This document shows positions 19,911 through 30,284 of a stretch of DNA of 64,000 bases, in pieces. Source of the stretch: an uncultured delta proteobacterium (GTDB lineage Bacteria; Myxococcota_A; Polyangia; Polyangiales; Houyiibacteriaceae); contig CAVOVB010000001.1 in NCBI GenBank assembly GCA_963699755.1, forward strand, positions 288,001-352,000, given 5' to 3'. The position numbers and the translations under genes were made by a program. The notes beneath the pieces were generated by a model that saw only the letters and a list, made by a program, of their open reading frames with translations, ran no database searches and was not told the DNA's origin. The first letter of the stretch is position 1; each line of letters begins with the position of its first letter.

Positions 19911-21059
19911 ATGTTTTCGAAACGCGGCGCATTCGACCTGACTCCCAACGCCCTTGCGCGAATGTCGGAGAGGACGCCCCCTCGCTGGGATCTGACCTGT
20001 TCGAATCCTACGCGCGCCGGGATTGCCTTCGGGGACGAGGCTCTGTCGTCGGTGCGGAACGCCACTCGGGACTTCTACGACCCCCACCCCCGAGGGATCG
20101 TGTCTGCTCGGCGGGCTTTGGGTGCTCAGCTGTCTTGGAATCCCGATCACCTCGTGCTCACCGCAACGACCAGCGAAGCGTATTCGTGTCTCATCAAGCT
20201 CTTCTGCGACCCAGGCGACCATGTTCTGATCCCCGAGCCGAGCTACCCGCTTCTTTCCATGCTCACCCGTCTCGAAGGCGTCGTCGCTGTGCCGTACTCC
20301 TTGCGCTACGACGGCGAATGGCACGTCGATCGGTCGACTGTTCTAGAGCGCGTCGGTGCACGGGCCCAGCTGATCCTGTCGGTGAGCCCGAACAACCCGA
20401 CGGGTGCTTATCTGTCGCCCGAAGACCTGGCGTTTCTCTCGAGCCACGGCCTGCCGCTGGTCTTGGACGAGGTATTCGCGACCTACGATTTCCGCCATGA
20501 GCAAGCGCGTCCTCTGCTCCACAGCAAGGCTCGCTCCGGACTGCTCTTTGCCCTAGGCGGCCTCTCGAAGGCTGCTGCGCTGCCACAATTGAAGTTGAGC
20601 TGGATGGCCGTCTCGGGAGCCGAGACGCTGGTGGAGCGCGCGCTCGAGCAGCTCGATCTCATCACGGACACCTATTTGTCGCTCAACGATCTGACGCAGT
20701 GTGCGCTCCCTTCGATTCTGCGCGCATCGGAGGAACGCCGGCGGCTGGTCTTCGAGCGTTTGCAACAGAATCGACGAAGACTTGGCCAGCTGATTTCGGG
20801 TGCATGCGAGATCTCCGCGCTGACCACAGAGGGAGGTTGGTATCAGGTTCTGCGACTGCCCGATCTGCTGTCCGAAGAGCAATGGGTGTTGCGCTTTCTA
20901 CAGCATGGTGTCCTCGTCCAGCCGGGCTGGTTCTATGATTTTCCCGAAGAGGTCCGAGTGGTCATCAGCCTTCTCACCGAGCCGCATGCCTTTGCCGAAG
21001 GCATGCGCCGATTGGTCGAGGCCCAGCGCGAGGTATCGAGACGCGCTCACCCTGGTTGA
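19911..21059 (+). CDS. class I/II PLP-dependent aminotransferase
   Basis: SNPT, PSYP, SPNNPTG, DEVF, GGLSKAAALPQLKLSW. Confidence 0.88.
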   Translation: MFSKRGAFDLTPNALARMSERTPPRWDLTCSNPTRAGIAFGDEALSSVRNATRDFYDPHPRGIVSARRALGAQLSWNPDHLVLTATTSEAYSCLIKLFCDPGDHVLIPEPSYPLLSMLTRLEGVVAVPYSLRYDGEWHVDRSTVLERVGARAQLILSVSPNNPTGAYLSPEDLAFLSSHGLPLVLDEVFATYDFRHEQARPLLHSKARSGLLFALGGLSKAAALPQLKLSWMAVSGAETLVERALEQLDLITDTYLSLNDLTQCALPSILRASEERRRLVFERLQQNRRRLGQLISGACEISALTTEGGWYQVLRLPDLLSEEQWVLRFLQHGVLVQPGWFYDFPEEVRVVISLLTEPHAFAEGMRRLVEAQREVSRRAHPG

Positions 21060-21136
21060 GGTGTATCGCCGAGCCGCAGATCGCTCGCCAGACAGCAAAC
21101 CTCGCTTGGGGTCGTCCTGGAACTCACCCAAAGAGG

Positions 21137-21793
21137 CTACGCCTGATCCTGCAGGAGCGCCTCGCCTTTGGTCAGCCAAGACAGGCCAAAGGCCAACACC
21201 GCGATCGATTCGAGCCAAAAGACTGGATCGTATGCGCTGAGCGCGTTTTCAAAGCGTTCCGGTAGAAACGCATAGACGAGAATCAGGACGATCGAAGCGA
21301 CGATGGTGAAGCCGCAAGCTTTGTAAACTTGGTTTCTTCTGATCTTCTGGCGAGTCGGGGTTTTCGTCTTATCTGTCTTGGTAAACAAGCAGAGCGAGAA
21401 GTAAGCCAACGTGACAAAGAACAAGGCCGCGAAAATTAGGTGTGCTGCCCCGATTGTTCTCTCGAGCGTCGTTGGGTCACCGGACGGAGTCGTCGGGAAA
21501 AGGGCGACACCGATCGCGAAGACGCATGCGAGGTCGCCCGCGAGATCGTCGAGTCTTTCATATCCTTTGTAAGAGAGCAGAAATACTCCGATCGCGCAGA
21601 GCGTGCCCACCAAAACATCCCGCATCCCCGTGTAGTAGAAGTCGCTGATGGATTCTGGGATCCCGACCTCGAAGATGAGAATGGCGCCGAGAGATAAGAC
21701 GAAGGGTAGCGAAATGCCCAGGACCCCAATGGCTCTGCGAAGGGCCAGGTAGGACAGGACCAACGACCGTGAACCGTCTGCCGAGTCTTGCAT
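21137..21793 (-). CDS. DUF998-like multi-pass membrane protein
   Basis: AAGGAG RBS; SYLALRRAIG, SISDFYYT, WLTKG. Confidence 0.8.
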   Translation of the reverse strand: MQDSADGSRSLVLSYLALRRAIGVLGISLPFVLSLGAILIFEVGIPESISDFYYTGMRDVLVGTLCAIGVFLLSYKGYERLDDLAGDLACVFAIGVALFPTTPSGDPTTLERTIGAAHLIFAALFFVTLAYFSLCLFTKTDKTKTPTRQKIRRNQVYKACGFTIVASIVLILVYAFLPERFENALSAYDPVFWLESIAVLAFGLSWLTKGEALLQDQA

Positions 21794-22125
21794 CTGGATC
21801 TCCTTTCGAGGGACACTCTGCGGTCGGACAAGTGGCCGATTCCACGGCGATGCTCAACCAAAGATCGCAACGGCTTGGATCCTGAGATGCTGCGATCTGT
21901 GCCGCAGGCAGCGCATGAAATCAAGAGCTCACGAGGGCGGACAGCGTCCCCAATCTGACCTCGGTGCCGGTCGAGCTAGTTCCGAAGCCCCAAAACGGTC
22001 GGACGGCGCTCTTCCTGTCGTCGTTGCGCTGCCAAGGCACGACGGACCCAGAGGCCATCTCATGCCTCGACTCGAACGACTGCCTCCTGATTGCATCTGT
22101 GGGGTGATCGGAGGAGGATCGGGGG

Positions 22126-22950
22126 ATGGCCGAATCGATCATTGACGCCTGGATCCAGCACCCTACTGGGAAGTTCATCGCTGATGACATGTTCGCCTCG
22201 CTGAGGCGCTGGATGCGATTCGAGGTGATTCCCGATGAGATCCCCGTCGAGCTCACCTTGGCCGCGCTCGATGGCGCAGGCGTGAGCAAGGCCCTCATAT
22301 CGGCCTGGTGGGGACCGAATGGGCCCTTGCTCTCGAACGACGAGGTGGCGCAGACGGTCAGCGCGCACCCGGATCGATTCATCGGCATCGGCTCGGTCGA
22401 CCTATTTCGCCCAATGGGGGCGGTCAGGGAGCTTCGCCGCTGCGTCAAGGAGCTCGGCTTCGTCGGCGTGCGTCAGTTGCCCTGGCTCTGGGGCCTGCCC
22501 CCGAACGACCGCCGCTACTATCCGATCTACGTGGAGTGCATAGAGCTCGGCGTTCCGTTCTGCTTGCAGGTCGGCCACGCAGGGCCGCTTCGACCGAGCG
22601 ACCCCGGAAGACCCATCCCCTACCTCGACGAAGTCGCTTGCGAGTTCCCGGAGCTACGAATCGTGGGCGGGCACATCGGGTACCCGTGGACGGATGAAAT
22701 GATCTCACTCGCGACCAAGTACGACAATGTTTACATCGATACCTCCGCATACACGCCGGAGCGCTATCCGGAATCACTGGTCCGATTCATGAAGGGCCCG
22801 GGCAAACGCAAGGTCCTGTTCGGGAGCAACTATCCGATGATTCAGCCGGCGAAGTGTGTGGCCCAGCTCGATACGCTCGGCCTCTCCTTGGAAACACGGC
22901 GGCTCTTCCTTTGCGAGAACGCAGCAAGGGTGTTCCAGCTCGAAGCGTGA
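22126..22950 (+). CDS. amidohydrolase 2 family protein
   Basis: GGAGG RBS; IDAWIQHP, GGHIGYPW, NVYIDTSAY, VLFGSNYP. Confidence 0.88.
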   Translation: MAESIIDAWIQHPTGKFIADDMFASLRRWMRFEVIPDEIPVELTLAALDGAGVSKALISAWWGPNGPLLSNDEVAQTVSAHPDRFIGIGSVDLFRPMGAVRELRRCVKELGFVGVRQLPWLWGLPPNDRRYYPIYVECIELGVPFCLQVGHAGPLRPSDPGRPIPYLDEVACEFPELRIVGGHIGYPWTDEMISLATKYDNVYIDTSAYTPERYPESLVRFMKGPGKRKVLFGSNYPMIQPAKCVAQLDTLGLSLETRRLFLCENAARVFQLEA

Positions 22951-22966
22951 GAGTGAACGCCTGGGC

Positions 22967-23164
22967 TCATTTCGGGACCGCAGACTCGGGGCGTCGGCTT
23001 CGAGCGTTTGCGAGGATGGAGAGTGTGACCGTGATGATGAGGGGGAGTGTGATGGCGAGGGCCGCGTGCTCCAGGAAGGCCGCGTCGGTCGGGGCGCCGT
23101 TTAGAATTGGCACCAGTATCGTGATCGCAAGATAGCTCACGAGGGGGATGGCGAGGCGTTTCAT
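22967..23164 (-). CDS. 65-aa two-TM protein, probably the detached C-terminal part of exosortase K
   Basis: ATGA overlap with xrtK stop; PLVSYLAITILVPILNGA...FLEHA. Confidence 0.6.
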   Translation of the reverse strand: MKRLAIPLVSYLAITILVPILNGAPTDAAFLEHAALAITLPLIITVTLSILANARSRRPESAVPK

Positions 23165-23697
23165 GGTGCGGCTTTCGTGCGGGCCCGGGCGAGGAGGCAA
23201 TCGGCGACGAGGTACAAACAGCATAAAGACGTGAAGTACACCACGATGCCTTCGGCGTGATGAATCTGGCCGGACGAGAGGCCTGCAATCGATACCGGGT
23301 GCGCTTGCAAGAGCAGTGCGATGACGATTCGAGCGGCATTGACCGCGATCGTGACTACGTAGGCGAGCGCCACGCTGGTGAATAGCAAGGCTAGCTTGCT
23401 GGGGAGTGTTCGCATCTGGCCCACGAAACCCAGGGCCGCGGTACAGATCGCGATGATCATGAAGTTGACGCCGGCGCAGGAGGGCGCAATTGCGAAACGG
23501 AGCTGCTCGTTCACATAGCCCACGTGCTGCTCGAACAGGAAGGGCTCGCCAAAGACTGCCTCCACGAGCCAAGCAGTCGGAGCGAGAATCCACTGGAGCG
23601 CCTCCGGGTTGGCCGTGCTGTAGTGCCGTTTGAGCCCGTACGTGACCCCAAACATGGCCACGATCACGACCCCGCTATGGATCCCCTGGCGCGTCAT
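23161..23697 (-). CDS. xrtK: exosortase K
   Basis: LKRHYSTA..LQWILAPTAWLV..GYVN..FAIAPSCAGVNF (Cys), VNAARI (Arg), IHHAEG (His); ATGA overlap with the upstream gene. Confidence 0.85.
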   Translation of the reverse strand: MTRQGIHSGVVIVAMFGVTYGLKRHYSTANPEALQWILAPTAWLVEAVFGEPFLFEQHVGYVNEQLRFAIAPSCAGVNFMIIAICTAALGFVGQMRTLPSKLALLFTSVALAYVVTIAVNAARIVIALLLQAHPVSIAGLSSGQIHHAEGIVVYFTSLCCLYLVADCLLARARTKAAP

Positions 23698-25700
23698 GGC
23701 CCGTTCGGCAGACACGAGCGCCTCGACGTCCAGATCAGTAGCGCCCCGGCAAAGAGTAGGGCCATGAGCATCGTAAGAGGCGGTTCCGAACCTTGGGTCA
23801 GGCCCCCAACCGCCTGGTTGCTGACGCCCTTCGGTAAGGGCAAAGGTTGCTTGACCTCTTCGCCTGCACCGAGATCGTTGCGTGGCGTTTCGTCGACCGC
23901 GATGAAGGACGTGTAGTTGGTCAGAAGGCCATATCGGAGGCCGAGCGCCGTCACTTCCTCTTTGGGGCTTTCGACTCCGAGTGTTGCGCCGAAATCCGAC
24001 AGATCGGCGATCCGTTGGCGCGCCCAGAGATAAGACAGCGCGCGGTTCTGCTCGGCCGCTCCGACTTCGGCGACGTCGAAGCGCTTCGTCATCGGCCCCT
24101 TGCCTCCGACGCCTCGAAGCGTGATCGTGCCGGCCGGCTCCCCGGCAAACTTTCCGAATACCAGGACCGGCCGTTCTGCCAGGACGTCTGGGACCGAGGT
24201 CGGCACGATATCGTATGCTCGGAAACCATCGAGCTCGACGCGGATGTCGGTCAGAACAGGCGCGCTGACGTATTCGCGGAAGCGCTGCGCTGTGGTCGCA
24301 GCATCCGCGGCGTCGGTGACGACGAACTGCTCGCCGAAGCCTGCCTTCGCGATCCCCTCGACGAGGTACCGGTTCACTGAGGTCCCAATTCCGAACGAAA
24401 AGACGTTCGCTTTGCCGAGGTGGCTGCGGATGTATTGGAACGCCTCGGCCTCTCCAGCAATGTACCCGTCCGTGATCACCAGGAAGCTCCGCGATGTCCC
24501 TGGTTCGTGCGCCATCTCCATCGCCATCCGGAGCCCGCTCAAGAGCTCGGTTCCACCGCCACCCTGCTGCCCTTCCAGCACCGCGATGGCCCGCTGCACG
24601 TTCTGATGCGTAGCGGGCACCGAGCGCGGCGCTAGCTGTGTCGAGCCGCCGGAAAAGAGAATCATGTTGAACGTATCGATCGGCCGAAGGTGGCCGATGA
24701 GATCGCGCATCAATCTCTTTGCGGTGTTCAGCGGGAAACCATACATCGAGCCGGAAACGTCGATGATGAAAACGTACTCGCGCCCCGGCATGTCGCTCGG
24801 CTCGACCCGCGACGGCGGCTCGGCCATCAGAAGGAAGAAGCTCTCGTCATTTCCTTCAAAGAGCATCAAGCCGCTCTGCACAGCCCCACCGGTGAGTTGG
24901 TAGCTCAGAACGAAGTCCCGATTTCCCCCGTGCCGTTCCGACTCATCGAGTGCTACCGCGACGAGCCGCGTCCCTTTCCATTGCGCAGCTACTTTGTGCG
25001 ACGTGCAAGACAGCGCCTGCACATCGATGCCCGTCGAGAGCCTCACGTTCATGTCGAGGGCATACGTCGGTGCCCTCCCCTGCCGGAAATACGGGCTGCT
25101 CACCCAGCTGTCCTCGGGATTCGCGGCAGCGTGACGTTGACTCGCATAGCGCGGCCCGACGACCGTGGGGTAGACGAACGCGTAAATGCCGTCCGTCGGC
25201 CGGAGAAGCTCGGTATAACTCAGCTCCACTTCGATGACGTCACCAGGCAAGATGTTCGCGACTCTCATCCGAAAGACATTCGGTCGCTCCTGTTCGAGCA
25301 GCGAGGCGCTCTTTCCAGCAGCCTTGGCTTCGGCAAACTCCTCGGACGCGGCTTCTCTCTCTTTGATCTTCGCAACGATCACGCGCTTGCCAATCTTCAT
25401 GCGCATTCCGTGCACCGCAGCGTGCGTCGATCCCGGAAAGACGTACTCAGCGTGGATCGGCCGGCTGCCTTCGTTCTTGTAGGTCTGTGTAACCTTCACG
25501 TCTGCGATGACGCCCGCTATGTCTACCTTCACGTCCGTCTTCGCGAGGGGGAGATGGTCGACGGTCGGGTCACCCTCGATGAAGAAGTAGGGGGAAAGTG
25601 TCTTGTCGGCCGTCGTCGTCTCGGCCTGGCCGGGTACGGCGAGGGCGCCGAAGAGCCCGGCGAGCAACAGCGTTCGCGACCAGCGGGGCTTGAGTGGCAC
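23694..25700 (-). CDS. VIT + vWA domain protein with C-terminal GSEP-TM-RR sorting signal
   Basis: TAAGGAGG RBS and GTG start; signal peptide; VIT domain (VTQTYKN..AEYVFP); vWA MIDAS DVSGSM, GGGTE, ITDG; tail GSEPPLTMLMALLFAGALLIWTSRR. Confidence 0.88.
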   Translation of the reverse strand: MPLKPRWSRTLLLAGLFGALAVPGQAETTTADKTLSPYFFIEGDPTVDHLPLAKTDVKVDIAGVIADVKVTQTYKNEGSRPIHAEYVFPGSTHAAVHGMRMKIGKRVIVAKIKEREAASEEFAEAKAAGKSASLLEQERPNVFRMRVANILPGDVIEVELSYTELLRPTDGIYAFVYPTVVGPRYASQRHAAANPEDSWVSSPYFRQGRAPTYALDMNVRLSTGIDVQALSCTSHKVAAQWKGTRLVAVALDESERHGGNRDFVLSYQLTGGAVQSGLMLFEGNDESFFLLMAEPPSRVEPSDMPGREYVFIIDVSGSMYGFPLNTAKRLMRDLIGHLRPIDTFNMILFSGGSTQLAPRSVPATHQNVQRAIAVLEGQQGGGGTELLSGLRMAMEMAHEPGTSRSFLVITDGYIAGEAEAFQYIRSHLGKANVFSFGIGTSVNRYLVEGIAKAGFGEQFVVTDAADAATTAQRFREYVSAPVLTDIRVELDGFRAYDIVPTSVPDVLAERPVLVFGKFAGEPAGTITLRGVGGKGPMTKRFDVAEVGAAEQNRALSYLWARQRIADLSDFGATLGVESPKEEVTALGLRYGLLTNYTSFIAVDETPRNDLGAGEEVKQPLPLPKGVSNQAVGGLTQGSEPPLTMLMALLFAGALLIWTSRRSCLPNGP

Positions 25701-25729
25701 GGGGGACCTCCTTATTGGAGGCGCCTCAT

Positions 25730-25745
25730 TGCAACCGCGGTGCCA
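25730..25745 (-). promoter_or_regulatory. sigma54 -24/-12 promoter
   Basis: TGGCACCGCGGTTGCA, a near-consensus match, upstream of the VIT gene RBS. Confidence 0.8.
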
Positions 25746-26039
25746 GCGCGTTTCGCTTGGAAAATCTCGCAAGCCCGGTCTGCCGCGTGTCACCGCTGGA
25801 ACGTCACTGTGTCTTTGGAGACGCGGTTTGAACCTTCACCCGGAGGCCCCCGGTTGATTGCTTGGCAGAAGACCTACTGATCTCCAGGGCACACGCCCTC
25901 GTCGTGACCTAGAATAAAGAGCCAAGTCTTGCGCGGCCGTTCCCAAGACGCGCAGCTCTTTCGGGCACCATTCACTACGGATAGCGAAAGCGCTGCAAGA
26001 GGAGCTGGCACATCGCGTGCGGACCAGACTCTCCCGGCT

Positions 26040-26789
26040 TCGTCGTCGAGCCGCCGCTGCCGGATCCAAGCTGCGAAGGTTTGTACGGTGCCCCCAACGC
26101 GAGCACTGGCCTTGACGCCGACGCCTGCTTCGCCGCGATCGAGGGAACCACGACGTGGACGCCACGTCTCTGGGACGTGGCTTCGCTAGCGGACTTGCGT
26201 TCCTGGGTCTTGGACAATCCACCTTCGATCCCCACCGAAGATCCCTACCTGGCGCCGCCGGAATTGCTGCCCGAGCCGCTTGGGGTCTGTGCGGTCATAC
26301 CCATTGGCAAACGGACGTATCGCCTCGAGAACTTCGAGGACGCCATCGCCGTAGAGCGGGCGGGCGGCATCGTCACGCATGGCTACGCATGCGGTCGGTG
26401 CTCGTCGCTCCACGATCTCGCAGCCTATGCGGAAGCGCAGGACCAGACTGGCCCGTTCGTCAGTGCGCCTTGGAGACCCTCGGCGGTACAGTCGAGGAGC
26501 TCGCCAGCTGTATCGAGGATAGAGTGGGCTTCACGCCGCCTTGCGCGCACACCTGGGCCTAGCCGGGATGAACGACACGCGCGAGTGCTACAGCGTCTGC
26601 ATCTCGAACCTGACCTCACCCTACAACCAACTGGACGGCTCCCTCAACCCATGCCTGCAATGCGACGAAGACAAATCGGTGCCGGTGTTCAAAGTCGTGG
26701 CAGGCCGTTCGCGCCCAAGCTCCGGTCTAGCTGCGGCCATATGTCGTCCATGTGCCGAGGTTTGGCGCGTGGATCACGGGTATGGGTAG
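26040..26789 (+). pseudogene. Cys-rich secreted protein broken by two frameshifts
   Basis: continuous protein-like text across three frames: THGYACGRCSSLHDLAAY / CIEDRVGFTPPCAHTWA / LNPCLQCDEDKSVPVFKVVAGRSR. Confidence 0.65.
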
Positions 26790-26887
26790 TTGTGTTCTTC
26801 GGGAAAGCGCGGATGCCAACATGAGAACGAGCGCTTCGCTATGGACTGCTCCGAACGAGCCAGGAGGCCACCCTCCTAGCGACGACT

Positions 26888-27595
26888 TCAACGACCAAGG
26901 GCCGCACGCAAGCTGTCGGAGACGGCCTTTGTCACGAGTCGTCGGCTCTCGACGCTGCGAAGCACCCGCTGGTTGACCTCGAGCTCGATGCCCAGGTAGT
27001 GCTGCGAGCCGTGCCGCGCACGTAGGGATGTCGTGAACCCATCGGACTTGCCGAGATACGGGTAGTTGCGGCGGACTCGAACCCTCGGGGCGATCGTGCG
27101 CAGAGAGTCCTTCCATCGGCTGCAAAACACGCGTTCGGGCAGTCGCGACGGATCGTAGAGTAGCCCCACGTCGGCTGTTCGATCCCGCCCGTCGATCCTG
27201 GGGGCGAAGCTATGCACGCCGATGTGCACGACCTGCCGGCCGCGACGCGCTCGAGCTTCGATCCAGGATGCAACGGCATCTCGATGCGGAAAGTAGTACC
27301 TATCGAGCACGCGCGTGCGCTCCGATGCGTCGAGACCCCGCGAAAATTCGGAGAACAGCTCCGGATGCCCGGGCGAGCGATTTAGATCGACCAAGAGGCG
27401 GGTGACCTTGCTGGCGTGGAGCGTGACCCGGTGGCTGCGTTGGAGCGCGTGGGCTAGCGAAAGTGCACCGAGATCACTTCCCCGATGGCTAGAGAGCGCT
27501 CTGCGGGCGGCCCTGCTCTCGAACAAGCGCTGATACTCCACGGGAACCTCCGCTCCACCGTGCTCACAGCTCAGTACTAGCGCGTATTCGCTCAC
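26888..27595 (-). CDS. N-formylglutamate amidohydrolase family protein
   Basis: SCEHGG, SHRGSDLG, TRLLVDLNRS, GVHSF, RRNYPY, GIELEVNQ; GTGA overlap. Confidence 0.88.
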   Translation of the reverse strand: MSEYALVLSCEHGGAEVPVEYQRLFESRAARRALSSHRGSDLGALSLAHALQRSHRVTLHASKVTRLLVDLNRSPGHPELFSEFSRGLDASERTRVLDRYYFPHRDAVASWIEARARRGRQVVHIGVHSFAPRIDGRDRTADVGLLYDPSRLPERVFCSRWKDSLRTIAPRVRVRRNYPYLGKSDGFTTSLRARHGSQHYLGIELEVNQRVLRSVESRRLVTKAVSDSLRAALGR

Positions 27596-28836
27596 GCCTC
27601 GCTCGAAAATGTCTGCCCATGAGCCAGGCAGTCGGCCAAGCGGAGATACACTTGGCGAAGGGCCTCCTGGCTTGGCTCCGGTCCGGCGGCGCGAAGGATG
27701 CGGCGCGCCAGGCAGCCCTGGCTCGAAATGACCCGCAAAGCGGCCGCTGCTTCCGCATGTTGCGGCCGATTTTCGATCTGAGTCTCGATCAAGTGTTGCC
27801 AAAGATCCCCGGCGCGCACAGGACCGCTCCCAGCAAGACCGAATGCTTCTAGGAATCTCGGATTGTCGATGATCGCATCGTCCGCGTCCGCAATCATCGA
27901 AAGGAGGATCTCTTCGAGCTCGGTCTCGTGCCAGGACCGTTGATCGGCGAGCGAGGTCCAGGTCTCCTCAACGAGTGCCCGCGTGACGGCGATCGCGGCA
28001 TGGGCGATGGCCAGATCCATCCTTGGGCACTCTTGCACATCGATGAGACGAATCTCCAATGCCATCCGGTCGAAACGCGCGATACAGCCGCGCGCGTTGA
28101 TCCACTCGTGTTGCAGTGTTCCCTCGGGGTCGAAGGGAGCCAGATCACGGTAGATCGACTCGAGGAGCGCCTGATAGTCGCGTCTTCGAAAGACCGCTTC
28201 GGGAATCACCCGGCCGCTCACGGACGGAATGCGCTCGGCATTGTGTCGATAAACCTCGAGTCGTGTATCGAGGTAACCGCTCGCTTGGCCATCGACGAAC
28301 GGAGAGCTCGCGGCCAATGCGGGCAGGATCGGCAGGAGCAATCGAATCGCCGCATGAAGTCGCTCGAGCTCGGCGTCGTTCGCGAACGGCAAGTTGATGT
28401 GCATGCTTTGGAGGTTCGACCAGCCATGCCCGCGGCAGTCGAAGACTCGGTGGAGCGCTTCGTAGATGACGTCGTCCTCGTGAGGCCAGAGCCGAAGCTC
28501 GTCCGTAGCCATCCACGGATGCATGGCGCTTGGAAGCAACCGCGCGCCCATGGGTCGGAGCAGGGCATCAATGGCTTCGATGTCTCGTTGAAAATCCTCG
28601 TGCAGATTGAGCAAGCTCGGCACCGGTCCGTTGGTCTTTAGCTCGATGAGATGCAGCGCCAGCTCGTTCGACCAGCGAAGGGCGCCCCGATCGACTTCCA
28701 TCTCGTAGTCGCCGGCCACCGCTTTCAAAAGCTCGTCCGCGATGGGCCGCACCGAAAGCGTCTTCGCGTCGACGATCATGTATTCGATCTCGATGCCAAC
28801 CGCGTCGAAAAGGTGAAGAGTCGGCGAAACGGTCAA
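27592..28836 (-). CDS. glutamate-cysteine ligase family 2 (GCS2) carboxylate-amine ligase
   Basis: GIEIEYMIV, NELALHLIELKT, MHPWM, QSMHINLP, NARGCIARFDRMALEIR; TTGA overlap. Confidence 0.88.
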   Translation of the reverse strand: MTVSPTLHLFDAVGIEIEYMIVDAKTLSVRPIADELLKAVAGDYEMEVDRGALRWSNELALHLIELKTNGPVPSLLNLHEDFQRDIEAIDALLRPMGARLLPSAMHPWMATDELRLWPHEDDVIYEALHRVFDCRGHGWSNLQSMHINLPFANDAELERLHAAIRLLLPILPALAASSPFVDGQASGYLDTRLEVYRHNAERIPSVSGRVIPEAVFRRRDYQALLESIYRDLAPFDPEGTLQHEWINARGCIARFDRMALEIRLIDVQECPRMDLAIAHAAIAVTRALVEETWTSLADQRSWHETELEEILLSMIADADDAIIDNPRFLEAFGLAGSGPVRAGDLWQHLIETQIENRPQHAEAAAALRVISSQGCLARRILRAAGPEPSQEALRQVYLRLADCLAHGQTFSSEA

Positions 28837-30284
28837 TGGCGACCTCGACGCTCGAGCCGATCGTAGATGCTTTGCATGATTGCGAGATAGAGGTCGTCCT
28901 TGAGAATCTCGTCTTCGGTACCCGCTTCGATGCTGGGGTTGTCGTTCACTTCCATGACGAGCAGACGACCGTCGACGTCCTTGATGTCGACGCCGTAGAG
29001 ACCATCCCCGATGAGCGCCGACGCACGTACGGCCAAAGCGACGATGGCTTTCGGCGCATCTTCGATTCGGAGCGTCTCGGTCTTGCCGTAGAGGCGCTCG
29101 CTCTTGCCCAAGGCCTTCTGAATCTGCCAGTGACCGCGTGCCATGTGGTATCGGCAGGCGTAGAGGGGTTTTTGATCGATGACTCCGATTCTCCAATCGA
29201 ATTCTGACGCGACGAACTCCTGAGCGATCACCAGCTCGGACTCCTGAAGGAACTGTTTCAGATGAGCTGCCAGCTCTGCCTCGTTATTCGCCTTCACCAC
29301 GCCTGCCGAGAACGAGCTGTCCGGCTTCTTGAGCACACAAGGCAAACCGAGCTTTTCAGCCACGCCGCTCGCGCTGTCACGATCGACTACGACAGTCTTG
29401 GGACAGTCGACGCCGTTCTGTTCGAAGAGCTCGGCTTGATAGACCTTGTTCGTACATCTGAGAATCGACTCCGGATCGTCGATGACCACGAGCCCTTCGG
29501 CTTCGGCTCTCCGCGCGAAACGATACGTATAGTGGTCAACCGCGGTCGTTTCGCGCAGGAACAACGCATCGAACTCCGCGATTCGCCCGAAGTCCTCTTT
29601 CCCCACGACCCAGGCATCCAGCCCCACTTTCTTGGCCGCGCGAATGAATCGTCCAATCGCCTTCGGGTCGGACGGGGCGTCGACCTCATCGGGGTTGACG
29701 AGGATCGCGAGGTCGTAGCGCGCTCGCTTCACTCCGGAGGGGCGAGGCCGATCGAAGAACCGCTTCGCTTGCTCGATGACGAACTCGCGGTGCGTTTCGG
29801 GGATCTCGTGCGATGCGATGACGCGCAGTTTCTCGAGTCTCCACTGGTCACCGCGAACGAATTCTGCACGCAGCAAGGGCGCGGGGAAGTGATTGAAGAG
29901 CGCGCGGCAGAGGCGATCGTAGCGCTTGGCCATGTTTCGGCCGAAGTAGATGCTGAGCACGAAGCGCTCACCCTTGATCGGGGCGAGCGTCTGTTGAAGC
30001 AAGAGCTCCGTTGTCTCCGAGGCGATGCGCACCATCGATGACTGGCGCAGGTCCTGCATGGTCATCACGGAGGGCAATGGCTTGTGTCCCCTAGCTGCCG
30101 CTAGAAGCGAGACGTAGTAGCCCGCACTCTGATAGCCGTAGCTCCGACAGAGATTGAAAACCTTGGCCCGTTTCATCTCGACGAATCTAGGATTCGTCAG
30201 ATAGTCCGAGGCAGCGACGACCTCGGTGCCCGGTATCTCGAGGGGCCAGCTTTGCGGCCGTTCGACGACGATGAGAGTGGTCAT
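28833..30284 (-). CDS. RimK-like ATP-grasp ligase with N-terminal RLAN domain
   Basis: VFNLCRSYGYQSAGYYVSLLAAARGH, FDALFLRETT, CTNKVY, FDWRIG, GVDIK, EVNDNP. Confidence 0.9.
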   Translation of the reverse strand: MTTLIVVERPQSWPLEIPGTEVVAASDYLTNPRFVEMKRAKVFNLCRSYGYQSAGYYVSLLAAARGHKPLPSVMTMQDLRQSSMVRIASETTELLLQQTLAPIKGERFVLSIYFGRNMAKRYDRLCRALFNHFPAPLLRAEFVRGDQWRLEKLRVIASHEIPETHREFVIEQAKRFFDRPRPSGVKRARYDLAILVNPDEVDAPSDPKAIGRFIRAAKKVGLDAWVVGKEDFGRIAEFDALFLRETTAVDHYTYRFARRAEAEGLVVIDDPESILRCTNKVYQAELFEQNGVDCPKTVVVDRDSASGVAEKLGLPCVLKKPDSSFSAGVVKANNEAELAAHLKQFLQESELVIAQEFVASEFDWRIGVIDQKPLYACRYHMARGHWQIQKALGKSERLYGKTETLRIEDAPKAIVALAVRASALIGDGLYGVDIKDVDGRLLVMEVNDNPSIEAGTEDEILKDDLYLAIMQSIYDRLERRGRH

